Shown: in pieces, positions 24,548 to 38,625 of the stretch | Layout of the letters: each line of letters starts with the position of its first letter | Numbering within the stretch: the stretch's first letter is position 1 | NCBI RefSeq assembly: GCF_004010195.1 | Contig: NC_057718.1 | Location: 99,121,780-99,185,779, forward strand | Source of the DNA: Chiloscyllium plagiosum | Lineage: Eukaryota | Direction: 5' to 3' | DNA length: 64,000 nt | Notes under the pieces: generated by a model | Seen by the model: the letters and a program-made list of their open reading frames with translations, nothing else | Told to the model about the DNA's origin: nothing | Database searches by the model: none | Position numbers and translations under genes: made by a program

Positions 24548-25010
24548 GGAATCATACAGCACAGAAACAGACCCTTCGGTCCAACCAGTCCATGCTGACC
24601 ATAATCCCAAACTAAACTAGTCCCACCTGCCCGCTCCTGGCCCATATCCCTCCAGACCTATTCCTATTCCTATACTTATCTAAGTGTCTTTTAAACATTG
24701 TAATTGTGCTCACATCCACCACTTCCTCAGGAAGTTCATTCCACACATGAATGTTTAAAAACAATTGCCCTCGTATCTTTTTTAAGCTCTCTCCTTTCCC
24801 CTTAAAGTTATGCACCTTAGCCTTGAAATTCCCCCATCCTAAGGAAAAGGCACTTGACATTAATCCTATCTATACCCCTCATTATCTATAAGCATCTATA
24901 AGGTCACCTCTCAATCTCCTATGCTTCAGTGAAAAAGGTCTCAACCTTTCCTTATAACTCAAACTTTCCACACCCGGCAACATCTGGGTAAATCTCTTCT
25001 GAACCGTCTC
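24548..25010 (-). mobile_element. CR1/HER1 LINE 3' fragment
   Basis: ETVQKRFTQMLPGVESLSYKERL..RRLRGDLI and WNELPEEVVDV. Confidence 0.85.
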
Positions 25011-26458
25011 GAGTGACGGTTTCATACTGAGATTAGGAGGAATTTTTTCACTTGGAGGGAAGTGAATGTTTGGAATTCTCTGCCCCATGAAGGCTATGAG
25101 AGCCCAATCATTGAGTATGTTCAAGTCAGAAATTGATGGGTGTCCAAAGATTAATGATGTAAAGAGATGTAGAGATAATGCAGGAAAATAGCAATGGGGA
25201 GATGATCAGTACTGATGCAGAATGGCGGGCTAGACAGGATGGGCTGAAAAGCCTACCCCTGTTTCTATTTTTGCCGACTCTTTAGTTTGAGCAGGGGAAA
25301 CGAGGCAGGACATCCTGCCGTCCAAAAGGCTTTTAAATGTTAATATTTGTATAGTGTCATTTCAACATCTCTCTGCCCATTGTATTATTCTCTGTTTAAC
25401 ATTCGGCAGCCACTGACCTTCAATATCAAAGATTCTGTGCTTAAACGACATGGACATATGCAAATGAAAAGATTTTGGGATTGCAACCACAATTTTAATT
25501 CACCTTTCTAATTATGCTTTTATAATCACAGAGGCAAATGTTTTCTGTGTCATATTGCATGTAATGAACATATATCATGCAGGTTCACCTCTGAATTCAG
25601 ACAGTTTGATTATTATGCTATTATTTCATGAATAGGTTAACTTTTCTGTGCTTATTCTGTGTTCCTGGCCAAGAACTCCAACTTGTGGAATTCTACCTCC
25701 CTCAGTCTTTCCTTCCTCCACAATCTTTAGGCTTTTAAAATCCAAGCTGGGTGTTACCTGATCATTGCTTCCTGACTGACTTTGTTTTTTCTTTTGACTG
25801 CTTTTTGCAGCTTCAGTGGTGCCCAATCCTATTGTGAGTTAAGATCTTTCTCCTGGTCTCTCTAAAATGCACTGCCGTACAAGAATTCCTTTAAAATCGC
25901 CGAGGAAAATCTGAAAGGGAAATGCTGTTATCACGCCTTCATATTCTCAGAGGTTATTTACTTACTGCCTAATTTGCAGGAAATTGTGTATGGCAGTCAT
26001 CAAAATAGGGAGGCATCAGGCAAGAGCTTAGCATGTGCTGAGCCCCTTCTACGTATCATGAGTGCTACGACTTTGCAAAATTAGCATTTTACAAAGAAAA
26101 TTGAATTCGACTTCCTCTTTTTGTTTATTTTGCCAGGTTATTGTATGTGAGAGCATTACAAGAATGCAGGAGTGGATGGGATTTGGCACTGATCAGAGCT
26201 AACTTCAAAACGTAATAAAATCTCAAACTATGCTTAACTGTGTACCCTTCAGCCACAACCTTTTGCCCCAAAATGTTATCCAGCTCTCTTGAAAATATTG
26301 GCACGATTCACATCTCACAGTTGTGCCAATTAATTCCCGATGTAAGTCAATTTTATACATTTATCTTGTTGCTTCTGAATTTATGTCTGTGCCCTCAGAT
26401 TGCAGTTACTTTCAGCAACATGTTGGAACTCTGTTTATCAATATTCCTTTGAATGTGG

Positions 26459-26819
26459 TTAAAAATCACACGACACCAGGTTATAGTCCAACAGGTTTAT
26501 TTGGAAGCACTAGCTTTCAGAGCACTGCTCCTTCATCAGGTGGTTGTGGAGTATAAGATCGTAAGACACAGAATTAAAGCAAAAGTTTACAGTGTGATGC
26601 AGCTCAAATGATATATTGAAAAAGACTTGGGTTGTTTGTTAAGTCTCTCATCTTTTAGATAAATTCTGTGTCTTACAATCTTATACTCCACAACCACCTG
26701 ATGAATGAACGGTGCTCCGAAAGCTAGTGCTTCCAAATAAACCTGTTGGACAATAACCTGGTGTTGTGAGATCTTTAATTTTGTACACCCCAGTCCAACA
26801 TCGGCTCCTACAAATCATG
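26459..26819. mobile_element. Penelope-like fold-back insertion, family A
   Basis: Inverted arms ~26459-26576 and ~26660-26779 with a longer PLE spacer; hammerhead cores on both strands. Confidence 0.82.
26503..26546 (-). ncRNA. Minimal type-I hammerhead ribozyme motif (PLE family A)
   Basis: CAACCAC-CTGATGA-A-GGAGC-AGT-GCTCT-GAAA-GC-TA-GTGCTTCC; helix I CAC/GTG plus AA/TT; palindromic AGCU in place of helix III. Confidence 0.65.
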
Positions 26820-27114
26820 ACTACCTTAGAATGTTGAAAGTTACAATAAATGGGTGAAGGCAACGTAGTGGTAATGTCATCGGATTATTACTCCAGGGGC
26901 TAGGCTAGTTTCTCTGCTATTTCTCGAGCATTTTCAGTATTTGTTTCAGATTTCCAGCATCTGCTATGTTTTGATTTTGTGGCAATCCTCTAGGTGCATG
27001 AGTTCAAATCCCACCATGCCAATCTTTGGACTTTTAGCTGCAATTAATAAGCCTGGAATGTAAAGGTAGACTCTGTGATGATGACTGTTATCGATTTTCA
27101 AATAGAAGATACAC

Positions 27115-27346
27115 TGTGGAATCATTTAAGGGAGCCAGGTATCCCATCATCAAGTCACACTTTATTTACATGAGCACAGTACATCGGCTCTGACCAGGCA
27201 GCTCAGAGCCAGTCCCTAGAGTGAGGACATTCTCTGAATCTCCTGCTTATATCTGTCAGCCATGACTCCCTGATTAGGCCATTAACCCGGACCAATCAGG
27301 GATCTCATAGTCAGAGATCCACCTGGCCCTGCTTCCAATCACTGCA
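27115..27346 (-). mobile_element. Probable solo LTR
   Basis: TG...CA ends; minus-strand TATA-like ATATAAG (~27246-27252) followed by AATAAA (~27160-27166); homologous to 15109-15345. Confidence 0.5.
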
Positions 27347-27657
27347 CACTGGTTTCCCTAATCTCCTTCAGGAAAGGACTGAAGGGTCTATGTTTCTATG
27401 ACTCTGTGTACAATGGAGTAAAATGTTATGGGAGGGCAGGCAGAAATATGAAGCTATCAAATTAAGTAGGGAGAAGCTGCTTCCACTCTGAAAGGGAGCA
27501 GGAACGTGAGGTGCGTAGATTTAAAGTGATATAGAAATGACACAAAGGTGATGTGAGGAAAAACATATTTTTACACAGTGAGTATATCGAGTCTAGAATG
27601 TACCGCCTGGAAATCTGGTGGCGTCAAATTAGATTGAGGCATTCAAGAGGGCCAAGG

Positions 27658-27800
27658 AATGAATGATTTTTGAATGAATGGTTTTTGAAATGATTTTTGA
27701 ATGAATGATTTTATTGTCACATGTACTTTTCAGTGAGATAAACAGTAACCTACAGTGAAAGGCTTCCCCTGTCGCCACAATCCAGCGCCATTTTGAATAA
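27658..27800 (-). mobile_element. LINE 3' end with (TTCA)n-type tail, resembling the Rex1/Babar-like element at 55835
   Basis: GAATGAATGATTTT repeats followed by TTTATTGTCACATGTAC...CAGTGAAAGGCTT, compared with TTTATTGTCACGTGTAC..CAGTGAAAAGCTT at ~55848. Confidence 0.5.
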
Positions 27801-30605
27801 TTTAAGAATAAGAAGAAAATAAGAAAGATGTGGCTTAAAGAGTGTCTGTCAATCCTGAGCCAGCTCATTGGCACTGCCAAACCCCCCTTCCTCCACCTCG
27901 CTGCCGTCTATTACAGACCCAACCAATGTCCAAGTCGCCACTCTTCAGGCGCCGTCTTCTCCTGCTGGGTCAGCTCTCCTCCCCCATCACCTCAGCACCG
28001 CCTGCACCAGACCCACCAACATCGGAGTGTCATCTCTCGCCACTGGGCCTTTTGGGTTGGAATTGTTTGGGGCAAGTTCCAGGGTGACACCCGGCAGTTT
28101 TGGTTCAGTTCCCGCACTGGCTGAGGTTAGCATGATGGTGCTTTTGCTCTCACTCTCTCACATGAAGGACTCTGTCTCTGTCTCTCCTGCCTTAGGAATA
28201 GTGACCCTCAGGTTAAACCACCACCGGTCCCCTCTCTCTCTTTCTCTAATGCAAATTTGTGTTTGTTGGGATCACGTTCTGTTTGAGATAGTACGTGTTG
28301 CTTTTTAGTTCAATAAAACATTTGCATTACATCCTCAGCCGGTGTTTCCTTCCTTTACCTCCTCCTGCGGCAGCCCTCTGCTACAGTCAGTCAAATCCTG
28401 GTCTCCCAGCTGTATCACCTGTCTGGTCTGCTACCAGAACCTTACCTCTTGCATTCTGTGCTTACACTCCTGTGGTAACCCGTATTTAAGATAAGAATGT
28501 CAGTGTGGGGTGAGTAAACACAAGGCGGGCTCCTTTGCTGTGGTTTCTCTGACTTTGAGGCATTCTGATGATAGTGTTGGCAGTTAAGGAGGGAGTGCCC
28601 GAGCTCTACATTCACAGAATATTCCTACTTGGAGGTAATTCATGGCTGTTGACCCATGGTTTCTCTCAGCAATGTGATATTCCTCTTGTGAAACAGGAGA
28701 CCTTGCTTAGAAGTTAATAAATCTCCAGTTCTCTTTTCCCCCAACCCCCTCAAATTATAAACCTGTGACAGACAATAAGCAACTCAGGTTAGCACCATTT
28801 TGTACAGCATTATTTTCACAATGAAGCACAAAATAATGTTTACTGATCTTATAACATAAGTCTATTGAGATATAGAAGCAAAGTCCAACTGGGAGTAATC
28901 AGCATTATGTTGTACAGACGCAAAGTTAGATGTTTGGTGTGTATCATGAGTAGACTTTTCTGTTTCAGTTCTTGTTCCAGCCCATGGATTCAGTCTAACT
29001 ACAGCTAATGAACTATGGGCTCCCTGTCCACTTGCAAATTCCTTTATGGTGTAGGTAATTCAACCCACCATTCAGAATCAATCGACATTCCTTATCGTTT
29101 TGAGATATGAACTTACAGACCTACTGAAGCATTCCAAAGTAATTATTAGAACTGAGAAAGCATTGATAAGCATATTACACTCTGCATAGCAGGCTAACAT
29201 CTACTAATTGACAGCAATTTTTCAGGTCAAAACAGCATCTGGTTTGGAGAAGGAAGAGAATACTCCAATATGGTCAATTTGTAGGTAACTTGTGTATTAT
29301 TTGACAAACCGTTTCAGGGCCTGGTGTGTCTGAATGGCTTTGTGACCAGAAGATGGATTAATGTCTTGGTTTGATTCAGAAATTGTCATTTGCCCATGGA
29401 TTGAGTTGTATGTTTATTGTCCACTCTCAAAAGCCACCGTGAATTTAGGTGCAGTCCATTTTTCTGTTAGAACTATTCGCACACTGGGCTAGTGTTCGTT
29501 TGTTCCAGTTTTAATTGTAGCCCAGCATAGAAGACATTCAGGGCACTAGTTTACAGATCTGGCCAGGCAGGGAGAAACGTATGATACCCTGGGTCACCTT
29601 GCCACCTTCCTCACGCCCACTTTCAACCTCTCTGCATTTTGACAGGCCCTCAGCTGAATCCTAGGCTTCAGCCCAGTTGACGCCATTGGTTTCTTTAAGG
29701 GCTGTTTCCCATCTACCTTCAGATTTGAGGTTAATGAGAGGGGTTCAGAGGCAATTAGGGATGGCCCGACAGGCCACCTTGCCTGAGCCAGGGGTTGGGA
29801 AGGGTGACGTCTCCCTCAAGGGCCTCTTTTACTATGTCAGTTACCATCCCTCCTTCACCCCATAGGGCTACCCACTGAACGTGCTCCTCCCAATCCTAGC
29901 CCCTCTATCAAGCTCCCCCCCTATTGACCCTAGTGCTGACTATCAATGCTGGCAAATGGGACTAGGTTAATTTAGGATATCTGGTCGGCATGGATGAGTT
30001 GGACCGAAGACTCTGGTAATGTTCTGAGGACCTGGGTTTGAATCCTGCCACAACAGATGGTGGGATTTGAATTCAATAACAAATTTGGAATTGAGGGTCT
30101 AACGATGACCGTGAAACCATTGCCGATTGTCGGGAAAAACCCATCCGGTTCATTAATGTCCTTTAGGGAATGAAATCTGTTGGAATTATGTTAACAATTA
30201 GTTCTGCCATTTGGAGTTACATCTGTGTGGTATTGGTGGAGAATGAAGCAAAAGATGACCAGAATTAGAAAGTTTAAGAAAAAGCAAGTTGGATAGAGAG
30301 AGAGAACATTTTGCAAACAGTTTCAGCTATTTGAGCTAACATAAGATTTATTACTATTTTGGACAAAATTAAAAAAAAAACTGTGTGCTTTTGTTGCAAA
30401 CAAATTTATTGATGGATCCTCTTACAATTAATAAATTAATATTTGTCTTGGGAGCTATAACTTAATCTTGTTAAGTTTTTAAGCTATACTTATTTCAAAC
30501 CCATTGCTAATAAAGTTTCCTTGTCTTGACATCTGGATAGCTATTAAAATGCCAATTTATCAAAAAGAATTTGGGGCTAAGAGTTGAGTTGATGATCTGA
30601 GCTAC

Positions 30606-30895
30606 GGGCGGCATGGTGGCTCAGTGGTTAGCACTGTTGCCTCACAGTCCCATGTTCAATTCCAGCCTCGGGTGACTGTCTGTGTGGAGTTTGCACATTC
30701 TCCCTGTGTCTGCGTGGGTTTCCTCCCACAGTCCAAAGATGTGCAGGTCAGGTGAATTGGCCATGCTGAATTGCCCGTAGTGTTCCGTGCATTAGTTAGG
30801 GGAATGGGTCTGGGTGGGTTGCTCTTTGGAGAGTCAGTGTGGACTTGTTGGGCCGAAAGGCCTGCTTCCACACTGTAGGGAATCTAATCTAATCT
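30606..30895 (+). mobile_element. HE1-like V-SINE, full length
   Basis: GGGCGGCATGGTGGCTCAGTGGTTAGCACTG...GTTCAATTCC...V-domain...GGGCCGAAAGGCCTG...(AATCT)3. Confidence 0.88.
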
Positions 30896-31087
30896 ACCAT
30901 GAGGTTTCTCAACAATGGGTTGGATGCAATAAAATACTTCAGTTGTGAAACCCAGGCCAGGCAATCTTTGTTGCTACCTGTTATTGTTCCTCTCGATTCA
31001 ACAACCAGTCACTGTGGTTCTGAGTAACATGCTTATTTCTGGGCTGGAGCTACTTTGCAAGACTGGAGTGTAAATAATAAGGTTGAC

Positions 31088-31380
31088 CCTCCTGTGCAGT
31101 ACTGTGGGAGTGCTGCTTTGTTGGAAGTGCCATTATACAGATGAGATGTCAAACTGAGGTGCTGTCTACCCTCTCGGATGAAACAAAGGAGATTCTATAC
31201 TGAAGAAGAGCAGCAGAGTTATTCCCAGTATCCTGTACCAGCATTTATCTCTCTACCAAAATCCGATTGTGTTGATATTATCAATTTGCTGTTTGACACA
31301 ACATGCTGTGAACAATATTTTCCTCCATTTATAGCAGTAACCACACATTGAGAATGGCTCATTGGCTGCAAAGTACATCT
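31088..31380 (+). mobile_element. DeuSINE-like SINE, degraded
   Basis: GTGCAGTACTGTGGGAGTGCTGC..ATGAGATGTCAAACTGAGG..GAAGAAGAGCAG Deu-domain-like core. Confidence 0.6.
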
Positions 31381-34300
31381 GGTGATCATCACTGACATTT
31401 TCTTTCTAAATCATTCCTTTCATAAATTCAATATTGGATAAGTTTGCAAGATAGATGGAAGGTCTTCACCTGGCTGAAATTTGCTTTCTATCCATATTGT
31501 TTTTCTCATGCTTCATGTTAAGCAAGTAGGTAGGTGCAAGTTTATTGGGGAAGATCGAACGTTTCAGGTTATGATTCAATCGGATACAATGTGATCCTTT
31601 TTAATTGGCAGAGCAGATCTTGAGGGGCTGAATGGTCTAAACCCACTCCTTAATCAAATGTTAATGCTTGTATTGAAATAGCAGGGAGTAGAACCTTCAA
31701 GTGTGTTGAGTGGTTATCCAGCTGCAGAGAAAATGAAGATATAAATGGTTATCCATCTGAAATTAAAATTCCCTCGAAAGAAAATAAATGTGATGCTTAT
31801 GGTGCCTCATTTTAGACGTAAATCTCCTTTTTTTATTCTTCATATAGAAGCAAATTTTAAACTTCTTTTATCTAACTGTTGCTGTAATAAGTGTGTAAAT
31901 TATTCATTAATCTCAGGTTTAGCAACATAAGAGCACTTTTTTTTGAGGATGAGCTGGGAGTCTTGTTGACGGTGCAACACTTTGCATTACGCAACTGGCC
32001 AAGCAGAGACTAGAATTTTCAAAGACTACTGTATGATGTGGCTTCACTGACCACAAGACAGTGGTTTCCAATGTTTCCTGGAGAAACCACAAGATCTGTT
32101 TGACCCATCTCAAGAAAATCTTCTTCCTTCTCGACATTAGTTTTCCCTCCCAGTTTGTAGATAAAGCTCCTGATACTGAATTGAATAGAATGCTAGTTCT
32201 TTGATTTTGAAAAACCGATTTTAACCACATTCTGAGTCAGCGATGAACAGAAGAATAGCATCTTCAATGCATAACAGCATTATGAAACAAACACTTCTGC
32301 TTAAAGTTCGTTACTATAAAATCTAAGAATGAATGATGGTCAGGCAAAAAAAAATTGACAAGCAAAGACATAACAAAGTTAATTTAAGTAATGGTTGATT
32401 TAGCAGTATCTTTATAACATAATTTTGTATGATAAACCATTTCTGGCACTAATTTCCTTTAATCCCTCTAAGTGTTAATTTATTAAGTTGTAATTGGGAT
32501 TCCACAATAGAAACATGTATACCACATACAACAGATGTATGACAGAACCAAAGAATAAGACTCACATGATTTATATTTGCAATACAGGTGGCAGAATATG
32601 TCACACAAATAAAGAATAAAGCAGTCATGGACTTGCACTGTCGGGAATAACAGAACAGTGCAGTAATGTGATTATGGTAATGATCAACAAGTCATAGTCT
32701 GCTGCTTTTGTTAGCAGTAATTAACTTCTCGGAATGACAGAGGCAGCTTTCTCTGTGTACATCAGATGGCCCTGTCTTTGTGTCCCAGTCTTCCATTTTC
32801 CCCGCAGGGACCACAGGCCTTCAAGTGCATGACTAAATGAATTCATTTCTGGAACAAAGATTCGATAGGGAATAGAGATTGATATCTTTTGTTTAGGACA
32901 TTCAATACCATACACCAAGCCAATTATTTAAGCTGTTTCTGTCAGTCTCATTACTGCTCCTATTGAGGCATGCTCTATGCTGATCATTCTCTTCCAAGAA
33001 TGTAGTGGAACAGATTAGAGGTTTAATGAGAAAGCTTCTATTGGTTAAGAGTTTTCTCCCACCCCCCGATCATTGCAGAATTTAGCAATCATACATAGGC
33101 AATAGGAAGGGGCTAAATTCAATCTTGCATGGACTGATCAAAGGCAAGTTCGAGATTGCATGAGTCACTTTGTGACTTCTTATAATGAGGGGACATATGT
33201 GTATACCTTCCTGTAACAGCAGTCTCATCAGCTGTCCCATTTGTGATGAGAGTCTGTGAACACAAGAGAAGATTTATGCTTGTTGGCATTCATTTGTTGG
33301 GGATGTTTAAGTACATGCCTTTAAACATTATTACGTTGATTTGTCGGTGATTTTTTTTTCTCGTCATGCTTCAGAGAATGGTTTCTGTGTTTAGTGACCA
33401 TCTAAAATGAATGTTGTTTGCACAAGAGACTTTATGGCACTGTCGACAAACGTGGCAGTAGTCAATTTTCCTCCCTATTCAATTCACAAATAAATCTTTG
33501 ACTTCGACACAAGTCCGAGCAAGCTGATGTGTTTGTGAAGTAATATCACAGCCCATGTCCTCTCTGAAGTTTCTTTGCAAGTTTGTGTTTTAGAATTCCT
33601 GAGTTGAACTATCCTGGAAATACCTCCAGATAAACCAACAAAGTTGTAAGTGCCCTGTTTATTTCAACACAAGGTATGTTACACATTGCATCTTGAAGGT
33701 AACATTCAACACAGTGGGAATCCATTGTTAACGTTTAAAAAATGGTCACTGCACTCTAATGTAATTTGATGAAATGCTGGGACATATTTTGATGTAGTAA
33801 AATGCTATATAAATACAATTTATTGTTCCATGCAAAGACCAGTGAACTCCCTGCTGGAGTGTTACATTATTTAACAGTGCAAACTCTCATGCCATTCCTA
33901 CACAGTTCTGTAAAACTCCTTTGGTTATTATAGTTGGTCGCAGCCAAGTATTTTTACATTAATAATACCTGGAAATTGTGTTAAAAGATCACATGGCGTT
34001 TTTTTCAGTTCTTTCATTTTTTAAAAATGTAAATGATTCTATGGTTTATAAATGTTTTTAAAAAATAAATTATTAATACTTCCTAAAGGACTCTGGTGTA
34101 TTAAAAGACAAAACATTGATTTGATCAGTCTAGCAGTCTGCTGACCATCAAAAATGATATTATCTCATTCAAAGTAGCCCTTAGAATAATAATGTGTACT
34201 GGATTTAACAGCATTCCTAACATGTGCATGTATATCTGTATGTGCTTGTTTGAAAACAGAAAGGCCTTTCAAAATTGAAGAACACATGGTGTTAGTCTAT

Positions 34301-36101
34301 TGTGTAACAGCATTCATGAACAGGAAGAATTATTTTACATTAAGCATTTGTGTGAATTTTTAGTTTTGTTTAAGTAGACTGGAAACCTTTGCAGTTGAAG
34401 AGGCAAGACATTGTTATAAGAAGTAATGAGATAGCTTGCAAGCCTAACACGGCCTCTACTTTTCGAATGGTCAGCTAAACTGTAGCAACATGTATTTAAG
34501 ATAATGTAGTTGTGTCAGGAAAGAGACAACAGCATGGATTTAACTGAAGCGTTAGTTGCAATTTAAATAGGTTACCTGAGTAATGTAGAAGATGGAGAGG
34601 CAAAGAATGTACCGTCCACTTGATTTTGAATCAATATTTGGAATAAGGCTGGAATTTCAAGATTGTTCAAAGATCGGTCACACTAAATTGTGCGTCTCGT
34701 TGTAATAAATTTGACATTTTCTTGCAACACCAGGATAGAGCCAGTATGGTATCTCAATTGATGCTCAATTATTTTTCATTGTTCACTTTTATTATTTGTT
34801 AATTTTAAATAATTTTTATAATAATTTGAATTATGATCATGGACAATTGCTTCAAAATCTCAGGTGGAGGCAGTCACCAAAACACTATACAAAGGGCCTG
34901 TGGGGGACTCGAATATGGTAACCGTGAATGTTATAATGGCCGGGTTTTGACTTTGTTTCAGCTTCTCGAAAGAGTTTGGCCTTCTGCAGACAGTTTAACA
35001 GTTTCCCTCTGCTTGAAGATCAGGGAAACCCTTTGCAAAATGATTTTACACGATCTCCCCATCCCCAGAAGTTCTGAGACTTCCTGTCAAAGTCACATTG
35101 GATACTGTTTGGAAACTTCCCGTAATGGGAGGGTACTGCATGAGACTGAGAGAGCAATTAGGGTTTTAAAACTCTGAATAATTCCCATTGTGTGAAAAGG
35201 AAAAAGACTACTTCCTGTGATTTAAGCAGTCACCAGCTTAAAATTCTCATAAAGAATGAGGAGAGGTTTTCGGAGAACTCTCATTGTACTCAGAATTATC
35301 GGAGCATGGAATGTTTTGAGGAACAGTTGAAGAGGAGACCATTGGATTTTCTAAAAGTCTGGATAAACGTTGGAGTTAATGATGTCTGCAGGGCACTGGG
35401 GGCATGAAACATTGGGATTAGTGTCAGAATGCAACAGCACTGGCCAGAATGGCCGTCTTCTGAGGACAAGTGGTGCGAGGCATGTGTGATTATTCTAAAT
35501 TCATCACGGACTTTGACAATTACGTAGCATGTTTGGATAAGGGTGTAAGTGAGACGAAATTAGTGATTGGAGCTCTGCGACAGAATGTAATGAATTGTAA
35601 AGTAATAATGTAATGTGTGTTAAAGCTTTGCTTGCCTGAGGCAATTTAAGTTCCCACTTATGGTAATAGTTTGTCATCTTTAAATACAGCGCAAAGACAC
35701 TAATGAGGTCGACAGAGGTTAAAAGAATTCATTCTCAAGAGGCAACCCTGTTATCCCCAGGGACGAAGAGCATTGCAGTTTGTTTTAGATCTACATGTTT
35801 GAGGTAGAGTCGGCAAACTGTTACCCAAGTATAGCTGGATTTCAATCCCGTTGACATACCTTCCCATGAAAACGTTGTGCTGTTGTCTTACTTTACACGT
35901 AGCCGCAAGCTGCAATATTCATTTACCCCAAGATGTCATCCACCAATGTATCACTCGGGGAGATGGGCTTCACTACCGTCCGTAAGGTTTCTTAACAATC
36001 TCCATGCTATATCCAAATGGAACATGCAGAGTCTAACTGCAATGTCAGATGAAAATTGTTCATTAATAAGGGTTTGTGCAGCTTGCTTTACTGGAAGTAC
36101 A

Positions 36102-36302
36102 ATTTGGTGGTGCTGGTGTTGGACTGGGGTGTGCAAAGTTAAAAATCACACAATACCAGGTTATAGTCCAACAACAGGGCTATAAATTCTGTCTTACAAT
36201 GTTATACTCCACAACCACCTGTTGAAGGAGCAGCGCTCTGAAAGCTAGTGCTTCCCAATAAACCTGTTGGACTATAACCTAGTGTTGTGTGATTTGTAAC
36301 TT
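36102..36302. mobile_element. Penelope-like fold-back insertion, family A
   Basis: Arms AAGTTAAAAATCACACAATACCAGGTTATAGTCCAACA / TGTTGGACTATAACCTAGTGTTGTGTGATTTGTAACTT; core mutated (CTGTTGA). Confidence 0.8.
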
Positions 36303-36729
36303 ATGAAAGTACACAGCCAGCAGTGAAATATTGATTTGTGAAATGGTTTTGTCATTTATGCCAGGGTTATAATCACCTTGTAGCATTAACGGTAGACTAA
36401 ATAATCCAGAGATCCAAGTTCAAATCCAACCAAGGCGGATAGTGGAATTTGAATTCAATACAAAAAATACTGGTATTAAGATTCTAATGATGACCATGAA
36501 ACTGTTGACTGTTGGAGGGGGGAAAAGCCCATTTTGTTTATTTAATGTCCTTTTAAGAATGGAAACTGCTGTCCTTACCTGGTCTGGTCTACATCTGACA
36601 CCCATTTCATTGACTGCCTTCCGGACAATAAACACTGGTGTCACCAGCAAATCAATCAGTGAATAAAACAAATGCTATGTACATTTTTAATACAAGTTTT
36701 CCTTTAAATAAATCATTTGTGTTTGACTA

Positions 36730-36918
36730 AAAACCAAAAACTGCAGACTCTGTAAATCAGACACAAAAAATAGAAATTGCTGGAAAAGCTCAGGAGGTCT
36801 GGCAGCGTCTGGGGAGAGAAATCAGAATTAACGCTTTTGGTCAAGTGACCCTCTGATTTCTCTCCACAGATGCTGCCTGACCTGCTGAACGTTTTCAGCA
36901 ATTTCTATTTTTTGTCTC
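36730..36918. mobile_element. Penelope-like fold-back insertion, family C
   Basis: AGACACAAAAAATAGAAATTGCTG...GAGAGAAATCAGA is inverted against TCTGATTTCTCTCC...CAGCAATTTCTATTTTTTGTCT. Confidence 0.72.
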
Positions 36919-36978
36919 ATTTGCATTTATGTCTGTTTTACACATTTAAATGTTGTAATAGTGAAATGATCTTGCCGT

Positions 36979-37613
36979 TGTGACGATACTACAGCTTTTG
37001 GAGGTGTATTTTGACCTGTTTGTTTTATGAGGAAAGATTGAGACAGAGATGATCAGTAATCTGCTTCAAAGCCAACAAAATAAACCATTTGTGAGGCTTT
37101 GGGTTTTTAAAAAAGTTGAAACAATAGAAGCAGCCTGAATGGTGGGATCAAGCTCTCACAGTACCAGGATTTTTAGTTTAGCTTTCAGCAGTTGCTGGGG
37201 TCTTGAAGCGGTATATGGAAGCTTTTATTCCTCTCTGTTACAGCTAAAAGCTGGGGTTCTCTTCCCGCTGCTAGAATTTTATGTCCGAAAATCTATTTTA
37301 CTGAATTTGCCTTTGCCCAGGGTGTGCTTATGGGATGTTCCTATATTGGAACAGTTAATTGGTGTTAGTTAATGTATAGATTACTTTGTTAAGCATTTTG
37401 ATAGAGTTAAAGTTAAGTCAATTCTTTTATTTTTATTTTGTTTGTATTTTAACTATAGTATATAAATAAAGTATGTTTTATTTCAAGGCTAGTAGTTTGA
37501 CCAATCGAATTGCATCCAGAACACAATGCCTTACACTTACCTTTAGAATAAGAAAAAGTTAGGGTCTAGATTATCTTCTTGTATTTTGAGGGAGTTTGGT
37601 TGGGTCCATAACA
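36979..37613 (+). mobile_element. Probable solo LTR (Gypsy-type)
   Basis: Begins TGTGACGA, ends CATAACA, internal AATAAA (~37465); TSD not exact. Confidence 0.5.
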
Positions 37614-37987
37614 CTCTCTTAACAATTGCAATCAAAATGATAAAAAGTGGATTGAATTAACAAAATGGTGATTATACATACTGACATCTCCCCTCAGCAC
37701 CACCCAAGGACTATTTTTGACCCCACCCTATCACCTCAAAAATAAGGGATTGTTTCTCTGTTGATGTGACCTTGATTTTATCTAATAGATTATGGCTGAA
37801 ACATCATTATTTGCAGATCTGGAAGGAGTGACATTTATTTGTGTTTGAAAGTAGTAAAAATTAAATAGAGTTTTGAAAAATAGAAATGGGATCAAATATT
37901 TCTTTCACTTTTTTAAAGTGAATTGTTATGTGGCTATGTTCAAATTCTCCTTTATGGCTGGTGGAGATTAAACTCAACTACTTAAAC

Positions 37988-38197
37988 TGTACAAAGTTAA
38001 AAATCACACAACATCAGGTTATAGTCCACCAGGTTTAATTGGAAGCACACTAGCTTTCGGAGCGACGCTCCTTCACCTGATGAAGGAGCATCGCTCCGAA
38101 AGCTAGTGCTTCCAATTAAACCTGTTGGACTATAATCTGGTGTTGTGTGATTTTTAACTTTGTACACCCCAGTCCAACACCGGCTCCTCCACATCAT
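37988..38197. mobile_element. Penelope-like fold-back insertion, family A, near-perfect palindrome
   Basis: Arms ~37988-38075 and ~38081-38166; intact plus-strand hammerhead core CTGATGA 38077-38083, GGAGC/GCTCC, GAAA 38098-38101, TA 38104-38105. Confidence 0.85.
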
Positions 38198-38406
38198 GAC
38201 TTAAATTGTGGAATTGAAATACAATAATAAATAAATAAATCTGGAATTGAAGGTATGGCGGTAGTGGCCCTACCTTTCATCCAGGTGATCTGGGTTCAAG
38301 TCTTATCTGCTCCAAAAGGTGTACAATAATATCCCTGAGCAGATTGACGAGGGGAATATTTAAATCTGGAATTGAAAACTTGTCTCTATAATAGTGATCA
38401 TAAAAC

Positions 38407-38625
38407 TATAGGTTATTCTGCTACAATGCAGCAGTTGCGTTCCTCTGCAATCTCGTGCTACAGAAAAATGCACTATGGAAAATCGCAATAGAAAAACATG
38501 CTGTAGAAGATCACTGTATCCATTCAATAGAAAGTTTGCATTGTCCAAACAACGTCCACAATTCAACAATCATGTTATAGCCAATTTGCATTGATGAAAT
38601 ACGTATTATACCAGAATGACCTGTA
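38407..38625. mobile_element. Tc1/mariner (Tigger-type) MITE
   Basis: Terminal inverted repeats TATAGGTTATTCTGCTACAA versus revcomp TACAGGTCATTCTGGTATAA (16/20 match including flanking TA); non-coding interior. Confidence 0.65.

Noticed and set aside
27828..28308. Overlapping Pro/Ser-rich ORFs as a novel gene
   Set aside because: No recognisable domain or splice structure; GC-rich sequence abutting LINE and SINE fragments.
30606..30680. tRNA gene (and similar heads at 9685, 53338, 59152)
   Set aside because: A/B boxes are present but continue directly into SINE body and tail; these are tRNA-derived SINE heads.
37988..38197. Palindromic repeats as MITEs or pre-miRNA genes
   Set aside because: Arms are unequal, junctions vary between copies, TSDs are long and variable, and single-arm copies exist. 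This fits retrotransposed fold-back PLE ends rather than TIR elements. Small-RNA production is untested.
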